Shown here: in pieces, positions 1 through 12,000 of the stretch
How positions within the stretch are numbered: position 1 is the first letter of the stretch
Layout: each line of letters starts with the position of its first letter
Source: Eledone cirrhosa
Taxonomy: Eukaryota
DNA: 64,000 bases
Direction: 5' to 3'
NCBI GenBank assembly: GCA_964016885.1
Contig: OZ024743.1
Location: 270,320,001-270,384,000 of the forward strand
The notes under the pieces: model-generated
Seen by the model: only the letters and a program-made list of their open reading frames with translations
What the model was told of the DNA's origin: nothing
Databases searched by the model: none
Translations under genes and position numbers: made by a program

Positions 1-3000
1 GTTAGTGGTGTTGGCAGTAGTGTTTGGGGTGGTGTTGATGTTAGTGGTGTTGGGGGTAGTGTTTGAGGTGGTGTTGATGTTAGTGGTGTTGGTAGTAGTG
101 TTTGAGGTGGTGGTGGTGTTAGTGGTGTTGGTAGTAGTGTTTGATGTGGTGTTGATGTTAGTGGTGTTGGTAGTAGTGTTTGAGGTGGTATTGATGTTAG
201 TGGTATTGGTAGTAGTGTTTGAGGAGGTGTTGATGTTAGTGGTGTTGGTAGTAGTGTTTGAGGTGGTGTTGATGTTAGTGGTGTTGGTAGTAGTGTTTGA
301 GGTGGCGTTGATGTTACTGGTGTTGGTAGTAGTGTTTGAGGTGGTGTTGATGTTAGTGGTATTGGTAGTAGTGTTTGAGGTGGTGTTGATGTTAGTGGTG
401 TTGTTAGTAGTGTTTGAGGAGGTGTTGATGTTAGTGGTGTTGGTAGTAGTGTTTGAGGTGGTGTTGATGTTAGTGGTATTGGTAGTAGTGTTTGAGGTGG
501 TGTTGATGTTAGTGGTGTTGGTAGTAGTGTTTGAGGTGGTGTTGATGTTAGTGGTGTTGGTAGTAGTGTTTCAGGTGGTGTTGATGTTAGTGGTGTTGGT
601 AGTAGTGTTTGAAGTGGTGTTGATGTTTGTGGTGTTGGTAGTAGTGTTTGAGGAGGTGTTGATGTTAGTGGTGTTGGCAGTAGTGTTTGAGGTGGTGTTG
701 ATGTTAGTGGTATTGGTAGTAGTGTTTGAGGTGGTGTTGATGTTAGTGGTGTTGGTAGTAGTGTTTGAGGTGGTGTTGATGTTAGCGGTGTTGGTAGTAG
801 TGTTTGAGGTGGTGTTGATGTTTCTGGTGTTGGGGGTAGTGTTTGAGGTGGTGTTGATGTTAGTAGTGTTGGTAGTAGTGTTTGAGGTGGTGTTGATGTT
901 TGTGGTGTTGGTAGTAGTGTTTGAGGAGGTGTTGGTGTTAGTGGTGTTGGTAGTAGTGTTTGAGGTGGTGTTGATGTTAGTGGTGTTGGTAGTAGTGTTT
1001 GAGGTGGTGTTGATGTTAGTGGTGTTGGTAGTAGTGTTTGAGGTGGTGTTGATGTTACTGGTGTTGGTAGTAGTGTTTGAGGTGGTGTTGATGTTAGTGG
1101 TATTGGTAGTAGTGTTTGAGGTGGTGTTGATGTTAGCGGTGTTGATAGTAGTGTTTGAGGAGGTGTTGATGTTAGTGGTGTTGGTAGTAGTGTTTGAGGT
1201 GGTGTTGATGTTAGAGGTGTTGGTAGTAGTATATGAGGTGGTGTTGATGTTAGTGGTGTTGGTAGTAGTGTTTGAGGTGGTGTTGATGTTAGTGGTGTTG
1301 GTAGTAGTGTTTGAGGTGGTGTTGATGTTACTGGTGTTGGTAGTAGTGTTTGAGGTGGTGTTGATGTTAGTGGTATTGGTAGTAGTGTTTGAGGTGGTGT
1401 TGATGTTAGCGGTGTTGATAGTAGTGTTTGAGGAGGTGTTGATGTTAGTTGTGTTGGTAGTAGTGTTTGAGGTGGTGTTGATGTTAGAGGTGTTGGTAGT
1501 AGTATATGAGGTGGTGTTGATGTTAGTGGTGTTGGTAGTAGTGTTTGAGGTGGTGTTGATGTTAGTGGTGTTGGTAGTAGTGTTTGAGGTGGTGTTGATG
1601 TTAGCGGTGTTGGTAGTAGTGTTTGAGGTGGTGTTGATGTTAGTGGTATTGGTAGTAGTGTTTGAGGTGGTGTTGATGTTAGTGGTGTTGGTAGTAGTGT
1701 TTGAGGTGGTGGTGGTGTTAGTGGTGTTGGTAGTAGTGTTTGATGTGGTGTTGATATTAGTGGTGTTGGTAGTAGTGTTTGAGGTGGTATTTATGTTAGT
1801 GGTATTGGTAGTAGTGTTAGAGGTGGTGTTGATGTTAGTGGTGTTGGTAGTAGTGTTTGAGGTGGTGTTGATGTTAGTGGTGTTGGTAGTAGTGTTTGAG
1901 GTGGTGTTGATGTAGTGGTGTTGGTAGTAGTGTTTGAGGTGGTGTTGGTGTTAGAGGTGTTGGTAGTAGTGTTTGAGGTGGTGTTGATGTTAGTGGTGTT
2001 GGTAGTAGTGTTTGAGGTGGTGGTGGTGTTAGTGGTGTTGGTAGTAGTGTTTGAGGTGGTGTTGGTGTTAGAGGTGTTGGTAGTAGTGTTTGAGGTGGTG
2101 TTGATGTTAGTGGTGTTGGTAGTAGTGTTTGAGGTGGTGTTGATGTTAGCGGTGTTGGTAGTAGTGTTTGAGGTGGTGTTGATGTTAGTGGTGTTGGTAG
2201 TAGTGTTTGAGGAGGTGTTGATGTTAGTGGTGTTGGTAGTAGTGTTTGAGGAGGTGTTGATGTTAGTGGTGTTGGTAGTAGTGTTTGATGTGGTGTTGAT
2301 GTTAGTGGTGTTGGTAGTAGTGTTTGAGGTGGTATTGATGTTAGTGGTATTGGTAGTAGTGTTTGAGGAGGTGTTGATGTTAGTGGTGTTGGTAGTAGTG
2401 TTTGAGGTGGTGGTGGTGTTAGTGGTGTTGGTAGTAGTGTTTGATGTGGTGTTGATGTTAGTGGTGTTGGTAGTAGTGTTTGAGGTGGTATTGATGTTAG
2501 TGGTATTGGTAGTAGTGTTTGAGGAGGTGTTGATGTTAGTGATGTTGGCACTAGTGTTTGAGGTGGTGTTGATGTTAGTGGTGTTGTTAGTAGTGTTTGA
2601 GGAGGTGTTGATGTTAGTGGTGTTGGTAGTAGTGTTTGAGGTGGTGTTGATGTTAGTGGTATTGGTAGTAGTGTTTGAGGTGGTGTTGATGTTAGTGGTG
2701 TTGGTAGTAGTGTTTGAGGTGGTGTTGATGTTAGTGGTATTGGTAGTAGTGTTTGAGGTGGTGTTGATGTTAGTGGTTTTGGTAGTAGTGTTTGAGGAGG
2801 TGTTGATGTTAGTGGTGTTGATGTTAGAGGTGTTGGTAGTAGTGTTTGAGGTGGTGTTGATGTTAGTGGTGTTGGTAGTAGTGTTTGAGGTGGTGTTGAT
2901 GTTAGTGGTGTTGGTAGTAGTGTTTGAGGTGGTGTTGATGTTAGTGGTGTTGGTAGTAGTGTTTGAGGTGGTGTTGATGTTAGTGGTGTTGGTAGTAGTG

Positions 3001-6000
3001 TTTCAGGTGGTGTTGATGTTAGTGGTGTTGGTAGTAGTGTTTGAAGTGGTGTTGATGTTTGTGGTGTTGGTAGTAGTGTTTGAGGAGGTGTTGATGTTAG
3101 TGGTGTTGGCAGTAGTGTTTGAGGTGGTGTTGATGTTAGTGGTATTGGTAGTAGTGTTTGAGGTGGTGTTGATGTTAGCGGTGTTGGTAGTAGTGTTTGA
3201 GGTGGCGTTGATGTTTCTGGTGTTGGGGGTAGTGTTTGAGGTGGTGTTGATGTTAGTGGTGTTGGTAGTAGTGTTTGAGGTGGTGTTGATGTTTGTGGTG
3301 TTGGTAGTAGTGTTTGAGGAGGTGTTGATGTTAGTGGTGTTGGTAGTAGTGTTTGAGGTGGTGTTGATGTTAGTGGTGTTGGTAGTAGTGTTTGAGGTGG
3401 TGTTGATGTTAGTGGTGTTGGTAGTAGTGTTTGAGGTGGTGTTGATGTTACTGGTGTTGGTAGTAGTGTTTGAGGTGGTGTTGATGTTAGTGGTATTGGT
3501 AGTAGTGTTTGAGGTGGTGTTGATGTTAGTGGGGTTGGTAGTAGTGTTTGAGGTGGTGTTGATGTTAGTGGTGTTGGTAGTAGTGTTTGAGGTGGTGTTG
3601 ATGTTAGTGGTACTGGTATTAGTGTTTGAGGTGGTGTTGATGTTAGTGGTGTTGGTAGTAGTGTTTGAGGTGGTGTTGATGTTAGTGGTACTGGTAGTAG
3701 TGTTTGAGGTGGTGTTGATGTTAGTGGTATTGGGGTAGTGTTTGGAGTGGTGTTGATGTTAGTGGTGTTGGTAGTAGTGTTTGAGGTGGTGTTGATGTTA
3801 GTGGTGTTGGTAGTAGTGTTTGAGGTGGTGTTGATGTTAGTGGTATTGGTAGTAGTGTTTGAGGTGGTGTTGATATTAGCGGTGTTGGTAGTAGTGTTTG
3901 AGGTGGTGTTGATGTTTGTGGTGTTGGGGGTAGTGTTTGAGGTGGTGTTGATGTTAGTGGTATTGGTAGTAGTGTTTGAGGTGGTGTTGATGTTAGTGGG
4001 GTTGGTAGTAGTGTTTGAGGTGGTGTTGATGTTAGTGGTGTTGGCAGTAGTGTTTGGGGTGGTGTTGATGTTAGTGGTGTTGGGGGTAGTGTTTGAGGTG
4101 GTGTTGATGTTAGTGGTGTTGGTAGTAGTGTTTGAGGTGGTGTTGATGTTAGTGGTGTTGGGGGTAGTGTTTGAGGAGGTGTTGATGTTAGTGGTGTTGG
4201 TAGTAGTGTTTGAGGTGGTGTTGATGTTAGTGGTGTTGGTAGTAGTGTTTGAGGTGGTGGTGGTGTTAGTGGTGTTGGTAGTAGTGTTTGAGGTGGTGTT
4301 GGTGTTAGAGGTGTTGGTAGTAGTGTTTGAGGTGGTGTTGATGTTAGTGGTGTTGGTAGTAGTGTTTGAGGTGGTGTTGATGTTAGCGGTGTTGGTAGTA
4401 GTGTTTGAGGTGGTGTTGATGTTAGTGGTGTTGGTAGTAGTGTTTGAGGAGGTGTTGATGTTAGTGGTGTTGGTAGTAGTGTTTGATGTGGTGTTGATGT
4501 TAGTGGTGTTGGTAGTAGTGTTTGAGGTGGTATTGATGTTAGTGGTATTGGTAGTAGTGTTTGAGGAGGTGTTGATGTTAGTGGTGTTGGTAGTAGTGTT
4601 TGAGGTGGTGGTGGTGTTAGTGGTGTTGGTAGTAGTGTTTGATGTGGTGTTGATGTTAGTGGTGTTGGTAGTAGTGTTTGAGGTGGTATTGATGTTAGTG
4701 GTATTGGTAGTAGTGTTTGAGGAGGTGTTGATGTTAGTGGTGTTGGCAGTAGTGTTTGAGGTGGTGTTGATGTTAGTGGTGTTGTTAGTAGTGTTTGAGG
4801 AGGTGTTGATGTTAGTGGTGTTGGTAGTAGTGTTTGAGGTGGTGTTGATGTTAGTGGTATTGGTAGTAGTGTTTGAGGTGGTGTTGATGTTAGTGGTGTT
4901 GGTAGTAGTGTTTGAGGTGGTGTTGATGTTAGTGGTATTGGTAGTAGTGTTTGAGGTGGTGTTGATGTTAGTGGTTTTGGTAGTAGTGTTTGAGGAGGTG
5001 TTGATGTTAGTGGTGTTGGTAGTAGTGTTTGAGGTGGTGTTGATGTTAGAGGTGTTGGTAGTAGTGTTTGAGGTGGTGTTGATGTTAGTGGTGTTGGTAG
5101 TAGTGTTTGAGGTGGTGTTGATGTTAGTGGTGTTGGTAGTAGTGTTTGAGGTGGTGTTGATGTTAGTGGTGTTGGTAGTAGTGTTTGAGGTGGTGTTGAT
5201 GTTAGTGGTGTTGGTAGTAGTGTTTCAGGTGGTGTTGATGTTAGTGGTGTTGGTAGTAGTGTTTGAAGTGGTGTTGATGTTTGTGGTGTTGGTAGTAGTG
5301 TTTGAGGAGGTGTTGATGTTAGTGGTGTTGGCAGTAGTGTTTGAGGTGGTGTTGATGTTAGTGGTATTGGTAGTAGTATTTGAGGTGGTGTTGATGTTAG
5401 CGGTGTTGGTAGTAGTGTTTGAGGTGGCGTTGATGTTTCTGGTGTTGGGGGTAGTGTTTGAGGTGGTGTTGATGTTTGTGGTGTTGGTAGTAGTGTTTGA
5501 GGTGGTGTTGATGTTTGTGGTGTTGGTAGTAGTGTTTGAGGAGGTGTTGATGTTAGTGGTGTTGGTAGTAGTGTTTGAGGTGGTGTTGATGTTAGTGGTG
5601 TTGGTAGTAGTGTTTGAGGTGGTGTTGATGTTAGTGGTGTTGGTAGTAGTGTTTGAGGTGGTGTTGATGTTACTGGTGTTGGTAGTAGTGTTTGAGGTGG
5701 TGTTGATGTTAGTGGTATTGGTAGTAGTGTTTGAGGTGGTGTTGATGTTAGTGGGGTTGGTAGTAGTGTTTGAGGTGGTGTTGATGTTAGTGGTGTTGGT
5801 AGTAGTGTTTGAGGTGGTGTTGATGTTAGTGGTACTGGTATTAGTGTTTGAGGTGGTGTTGATGTTAGTGGTGTTGGTAGTAGTGTTTGAGGTGGTGTTG
5901 ATGTTAGTGGTACTGGTAGTAGTGTTTGAGGTGGTGTTGATGTTAGTGGTATTGGTAGTAGTGTTTGAGGTGGTGTTGATATTAGCGGTGTTGGTAGTAG

Positions 6001-9000
6001 TGTTTGAGGTGGTGTTGATGTTTGTGGTGTTGGGGGTAGTGTTTGAGGTGGTGTTGATGTTAGTGGTATTGGTAGTAGTGTTTGAGGTGGTGTTGATGTT
6101 AGTGGGGTTGGTAGTAGTGTTTGAGGTGGTGTTGATGTTAGTGGTGTTGGCAGTAGTGTTTGGGGTGGTGTTGATGTTAGTGGTGTTGGGGGTAGTGTTT
6201 GAGGTGGTGTTGATGTTAGTGGTGTTGGTAGTAGTGTTTGAGGTGGTGTTGATGTTAGTGGTGTTGGGGGTAGTGTTTGAGGTGGTGTTGATGTTAGTGG
6301 TGTTGGTAGTAGTGTCTGAGGTGGTGTTGATGTTAGTGGTGTTGGTAGTAGTGTTTGAGGTGGTGTTGATGTTAGTGGTGTTGGTAGTAGTGTTTGAGGA
6401 GGTGTTGATGTTAGTGGTGTTGGTAGTAGTGTTTGAGGTGGTGTTGATGTTAGAGGTGTTGGTAGTAGTGTATGAGGTGGTGTTGATGTTAGTGGTGTTG
6501 GTAGTAGTGTTTGAGGTGGTGTTGATGTTAGTGGTGTTGGTAGTAGTGTTTGAGGTGGTGTTGATGTTAGTTGTGTTGGTAGTAGTGTTTGTGGTGGTGT
6601 TGATGTTAGTGGTGTTTGTAGTAGTGTTTGAGGTGGTGTTGATGTTAGTGGTGTTGGTAGTAGTGTTTGAGGTGGTGTTGATGTTAGTGGTGTTGGTAGT
6701 AGTGTTTGAGGTGGTGTTGATGTTAGTGGTGTTGGTAGTAGTGTTTGAGGTGGTGTTGATGTTAGTGGTGTTGGTAGTAGTGTTTGAGGTGGTGGTGATG
6801 TTAGTGGTGTTGGGGGTAGTGTTTGAGGTGGTGTTGATGTTAGTGGTGTTGGTACTAGTGTTTGAGGTGGTGTTGATGTTAGTGGTGTTGGTAGTAGTGT
6901 ATGAGGTGGTGTTGATGTTAGTGGTGTTGGTAGTAGTGTTTGAGGTGGTGTTGATGTTAGTGGTGTTGGTAGTAGTGTTTGAGGTGGTGTTGATGTTAGT
7001 TGTGTTGGTAGTAGTGTTTGTGGTGGTGTTGATGTTAGTGGTGTTTGTAGTAGTGTTTGAGGTGGTGTTGATGTTAGTGGTGTTGGTAGTAGTGTTTGAG
7101 GTGGTGTTGATGTTAGTGGTGTTGGTAGTAGTGTTTGAGGTGGTGTTGATGTTAGTGGTGTTGGTAGTAGTGTTTGAGGTGGTGTTGATGTTAGTGGTGT
7201 TGGTAGTAGTGTTTGAGGTGGTGGTGATGTTAGTGGTGTTGGGGGTAGTGTTTGAGGTGGTGTTGATGTTAGTGGTGTTGGTACTAGTGTTTGAGGTGGT
7301 GTTGATGTTAGTGGTGTTGGGGGTAGTGTTTGAGGTGGTGTTGATGTTAGTGGTGTTGGTAGTAGTGTCTGAGGTGGTGTTGATGTTAGTGGTGTTGGTA
7401 GTAGTGTTTGAGGTGGTGTTGATGTTAGTGGTGTTGGTAGTAGTGTTTGAGGTGGTGGTGATGTTAGTGGTGTTGGGTGTAGTGTTTGAGGTGGTGTTGA
7501 TGTTAGTGGTGTTGGTAGTAGTGTTTGAGGTGGTGTTGATGTTAGCGGTGTTGGTAGTAGTGTTTGAGGTGGTGTTGATGTTAGTGGTGTTGGTAGTAGT
7601 GTCTGAGGTGGTGTTGATGTTAGTGGTGTTGGTAGTAGTGTTTGAGGTGGTGTTGATGTTAGTGGTGTTGGTAGTAGTGTTTGAGGTGGTGTTGATGTTA
7701 GTGGTGTTGGGGGTAGTGTTTGAGGTGGTGTTGATGTTAGCGGTGTTGGTAGTAGTGTGTGAGGTGGTGTTGATGTTAGCGGTGTTGGTAGTAGTGTTTG
7801 AGGTGGTGTTGATGTTAGTGGTGTTGGTAGTAGTGTTTGAGGTGGTGTTGATGTTTGTGGTGTTGGTAGTAGTGTTTGAGGAGGTGTTGATGTTAGTGGT
7901 GTTGGTAGTAGTGTTTGAGGTGGTGTTGATGTTAGTGGTGTTGGTAGTAGTGCTTGAGGTGGTGTTGATGTTAGTGGTGTTGGTAGTAGTGTTTGAGGTG
8001 GTGTTGATGTTACTGGTGTTGGTAGTAGTGTTTGAGGTGGTGTTGATGTTAGTGGTATTGGTAGTAGTGTTTGAGGTGGTGTTGATGTTAGTGGGGTTGG
8101 TAGTAGTGTTTGAGGTGGTGTTGATGTTAGTGGTGTTGGTAGTAGTGTTTGAGGTGGTGTTGATGTTAGTGGTACTGGTATTAGTGTTTGAGGTGGTGTT
8201 GATGTTAGTGGTGTTGGTAGTAGTGTTTGAGGTGGTGTTGATGTTAGTGGTACTGGTAGTAGTGTTTGAGGTGGTGTTGATGTTAGTGGTATTGGGGTAG
8301 TGTTTGGAGTGGTGTTGATGTTAGTGGTGTTGGTAGTAGTGTTTGAGGTGGTGTTGATGTTAGTGGTGTTGGTAGTAGTGTTTGAGGTGGTGTTGATGTT
8401 AGTGGTATTGGTAGTAGTGTTTGAGGTGGTGTTGATATTAGCGGTGTTGGTAGTAGTGTTTGAGGTGGTGTTGATGTTTGTGGTGTTGGGGGTAGTGTTT
8501 GAGGTGGTGTTGATGTTAGTGGTATTGGTAGTAGTGTTTGAGGTGGTGTTGATGTTAGTGGGGTTGGTAGTAGTGTTTGAGGTGGTGTTGATGTTAGTGG
8601 TGTTGGCAGTAGTGTTTGGGGTGGTGTTGATGTTAGTGGTGTTGGGGGTAGTGTTTGAGGTGGTGTTGATGTTAGTGGTGTTGGTAGTAGTGTTTGAGGT
8701 GGTGTTGATGTTAGTGGTGTTGGGGGTAGTGTTTGAGGTGGTGTTGATGTTAGTGGTGTTGGTAGTACTGTTTGAGGTGGTGTTGATGTTAGTGGTGTTG
8801 GGGGTAGTGTTTGAGGTGGTGTTGATGTTAGTGGTGTTGGTAGTAGTGTTTGAGGTGGTGTTGATGTTAGTGGTGTTGGCAGTAGTGTTTGGGGTGGTGT
8901 TGATGTTAGTGGTGTTGGGGGTAGTGTTTGAGGTGGTGTTGATGTTAGTGGTGTTGGGGGTAGTGTTTGAGGTGGTGTTGATGTTAGTGGTGTTGGTAGT

Positions 9001-12000
9001 AGTGTCTGAGGTGGTGTTGATGTTAGTGGTGTTGGTAGTAGTGTTTGAGGTGGTTTTGATGTTAGTGGTGTTGGTAGTAGTGTTTGAGGTGGTGTTGATG
9101 TTAGTGGTGTTGGTAGTAGTGTTTGATGTGGTGTTGATGTTAGTGGTGTTGGTAGTAGTGTTTGAGGTGGTGTTGATGTTAGTGGTGTTGGTAGTAGTGT
9201 TTGAGGTGGTGTTGATGTTAGTGGTGTTGGTAGTAGTGTTTGAAGTGGTTTTGATGTTAGTGGTGTTGGCAGTAGTGTTTGAGGTGGTGTTGATGTTAGT
9301 GGTGTTGGTAGTAGTGTTTGAGGTGGTGTTGATGTTAGTGTTGTTGGTAGTAGTGCTTGAGGTGGTGTTGATGTTAGTGGTGTTGGCAGTAGTGTTTGAG
9401 GTGGTGTTGATGTTAGTGGTGTTGGTAGTAGTGTTTGAGGTGGTGTTGATGTTAGTGTTGTTGGTAGTAGTGCTTGAGGTGGTGTTGATGTTAGTTGTGT
9501 TGGTAGTAGTGTTTGAGGTGGTGTTGATGTTAGTGGTGGTGGTAGTAGTGTTTGAGGTGGTGTTGATGTTAGTGGTGTTGATAGTAGTGTTTGAGGTGGT
9601 GTTGATGTTAGTGGTGTTGGTAGTAGTGTTTGAGGTGGTGTTGATGTTAGTGGTGTTGGTAGTAGTGTTTGAGGTGGTGTTGATGTTAGTGGTGTTGGTA
9701 GTAGTGTTTGAGGTGGTGTTGATGTTTGTGGTGTTGGGGGTAGTGTTTGAGGTGGTGTTGATGTTAGTGGTGTTGATAATAGTGTTTGAGGAGGTGTTGA
9801 TGTTAGTGGTGTTGGTAGTAGTGTTTGAGGTGGTGTTGATGTTAGTGGTGTTGGTAGTAGTGTTTGAGGTGGTGTTGATGTTAGTGGTGTTGGTAGTACT
9901 GTTTGAGGTGGTGTTGATGTTACTGTTGTTGGTAGTAGTGTTTGAGGTGGTGTTGATGTTAGTGGTGTTGGTAGTAGTGTTGGAGGTGGTGTTGATGTTA
10001 GTGGTGTTGTTAGTAGTGTTGGAGGTGGTGTTGATGTTAGCGGTGTTGGTAGTAGTGTTTGAGGTGGTGTTGATGTAAGTGGTGGTGGTAGTAGTGTTTG
10101 AGGAGGTGTTGATGTTAGTGGTGTTCGTAGTAGTGTTTGAGGTGGTGTTGATGTTAGTGGTGTTGGTAGTAGTGTTTGAGGTGGTGTTGACGTTAGTGGT
10201 GGTGGTAGTAGTGTTTGAGGAGGTGTTGATGTTAGTGGTGTTCGTAGTAGTGTTTGAGGTGGTGTTGATGTTAGTGGTGTTGGTAGTAGTGTTTGAGGTG
10301 CTGTTGATGTTAGTGGTGTTGGTAGTAGTGTTTGAGGTGCTGTTGATGTTAGTGGTGTTGGTAGTAGTGTTTGAGGTGGTGTTGATGTTAGTGGTGTTGG
10401 TAGTAGTGTTTGAGGTGGTGTTGATGTTACTGGTGTTGGTAGTAGTGTTTGAGGTGGTGTTGATGTTAGTGGTGTTGGTAGTAGTGTTTGAGGAGGTGTT
10501 GATGTTAGTGGTGTTCGTAGTAGTGTTTGAGGTGGTGTTGATGTTAGTGGTGTTGGTAGTAGTGTTTGAGGTGGTGTTGATGTTACTGGTGTTGGTAGTA
10601 GTGTTTGAGGTGCTGTTGATGTTAGTGGTGTTGGTAGTAGTGTTTGAGGTGCTGTTGATGTTAGTGGTGTTGGTAGTAGTGTTTGAGGTGCTGTTGATGT
10701 TAGTGGTGTTGGTAGTAGTGTTTGAGGTGCTGTTGATGTTAGTGGTGTTGGTAGTAGTGTTTGAGGTGGTGTTGATGTTAGTGGTGTTGGTAGTAGTGTT
10801 TGAGGTGGTGTTGATGTTACTGGTGTTGGTAGTAGTGTTTGAGGTGGTGTTGATGTTAGTGGTGTTGGTAGTAGTGTTTGAGGAGGTGTTGATGTTAGTG
10901 GTGTTCGTAGTAGTGTTTGAGGTGGTGTTGATGTTAGTGGTGTTGGTAGTACTGTTTGAGGTGGTGTTGATGTTACTGGTGTTGGTAGTACTGTTTGAGG
11001 TGGTGTTGATGTTAGTGGTGTTGGTAGTAGTGTTTGAGGTGGTGTTGATGTTACTGGTGTTGGTAGTAGTGTTTGAGGTGGTGTTGATGTTAGTGGTGTT
11101 GGTAGTAGTGTTTGAGGAGGTGTTGATGTTAGTGGTGTTGGTAGTAGTGTTTGAGGTGGTGTTGATGTTAGTGGTGTTGGTAGTAGTGTTTGAGGTGGTG
11201 TTGATGTTAGTGGTATTGGTAGTAGTGTTTGAGGTGGTGTTGATGTTAGTGGTGTTGGTAGTAGTGTTTGAGGTGGTGTTGATGTTAGTGGTGTTGGTAG
11301 TAGTGTTTGAGGTGGTGTTGATGTTAGTGGAGTTGGTAGTAGTGTTTGAGGTGGTGTTGATGTTAGTGGTGTTGGTAGTAGTGTTTGAGGAGGTGTTGAT
11401 GTTAGTGGTGTTGGTAGTAGTGTTTGAGGTGGTGTTGATGTTACTGGTGTTGGTAGTAGTGTTTGAGGTGGTGTTGATGTTAGTGGTGTTGATAGTAGTG
11501 TTTGAGGTGGTGTTGATGTTAGTGGTGTTGGTAGTACTGTTTGAGGTGGTGTTGATGTTTGTGGTGTTCGTAGTAGTGTTTGAGGTGGTGTCGATGTTTG
11601 TGGTGTTCGTAGTAGTGTTTGAGGTGGTGTTGATGTTTGTGGTGTTCGTAGTAGTGTTTGAGGTGGTGTTGATGTTAGTGGTGTTGGTAGTAGTGTTTGA
11701 GGTGGTGTTGGTGTTAGTGGTGTTGGTAGTAGTGTTTGAGGTGGTGTTGATGTTTGTGGTGTTCGTAGTAGTGTTTGAGGTGGTGTCGATGTTAGTGATG
11801 TTGGTAGTAGTGTTTGAGGTGGTGTTGATGTTTGTGGTGTTCGTAGTAGTGTTTGAGGTGGTGTTGATGTTAGTGGTGTTGGTAGTAGTGTTTGAGGTGG
11901 TGTTGGTGTTAGTGGTGTTGGTAGTAGTGTTTGAGGTGGTGTTGATGTTAGTGGCGTTCGTAGTAGTGTTTGAGGTGGTGTTGGTGTTAGTGGTGTTGGT

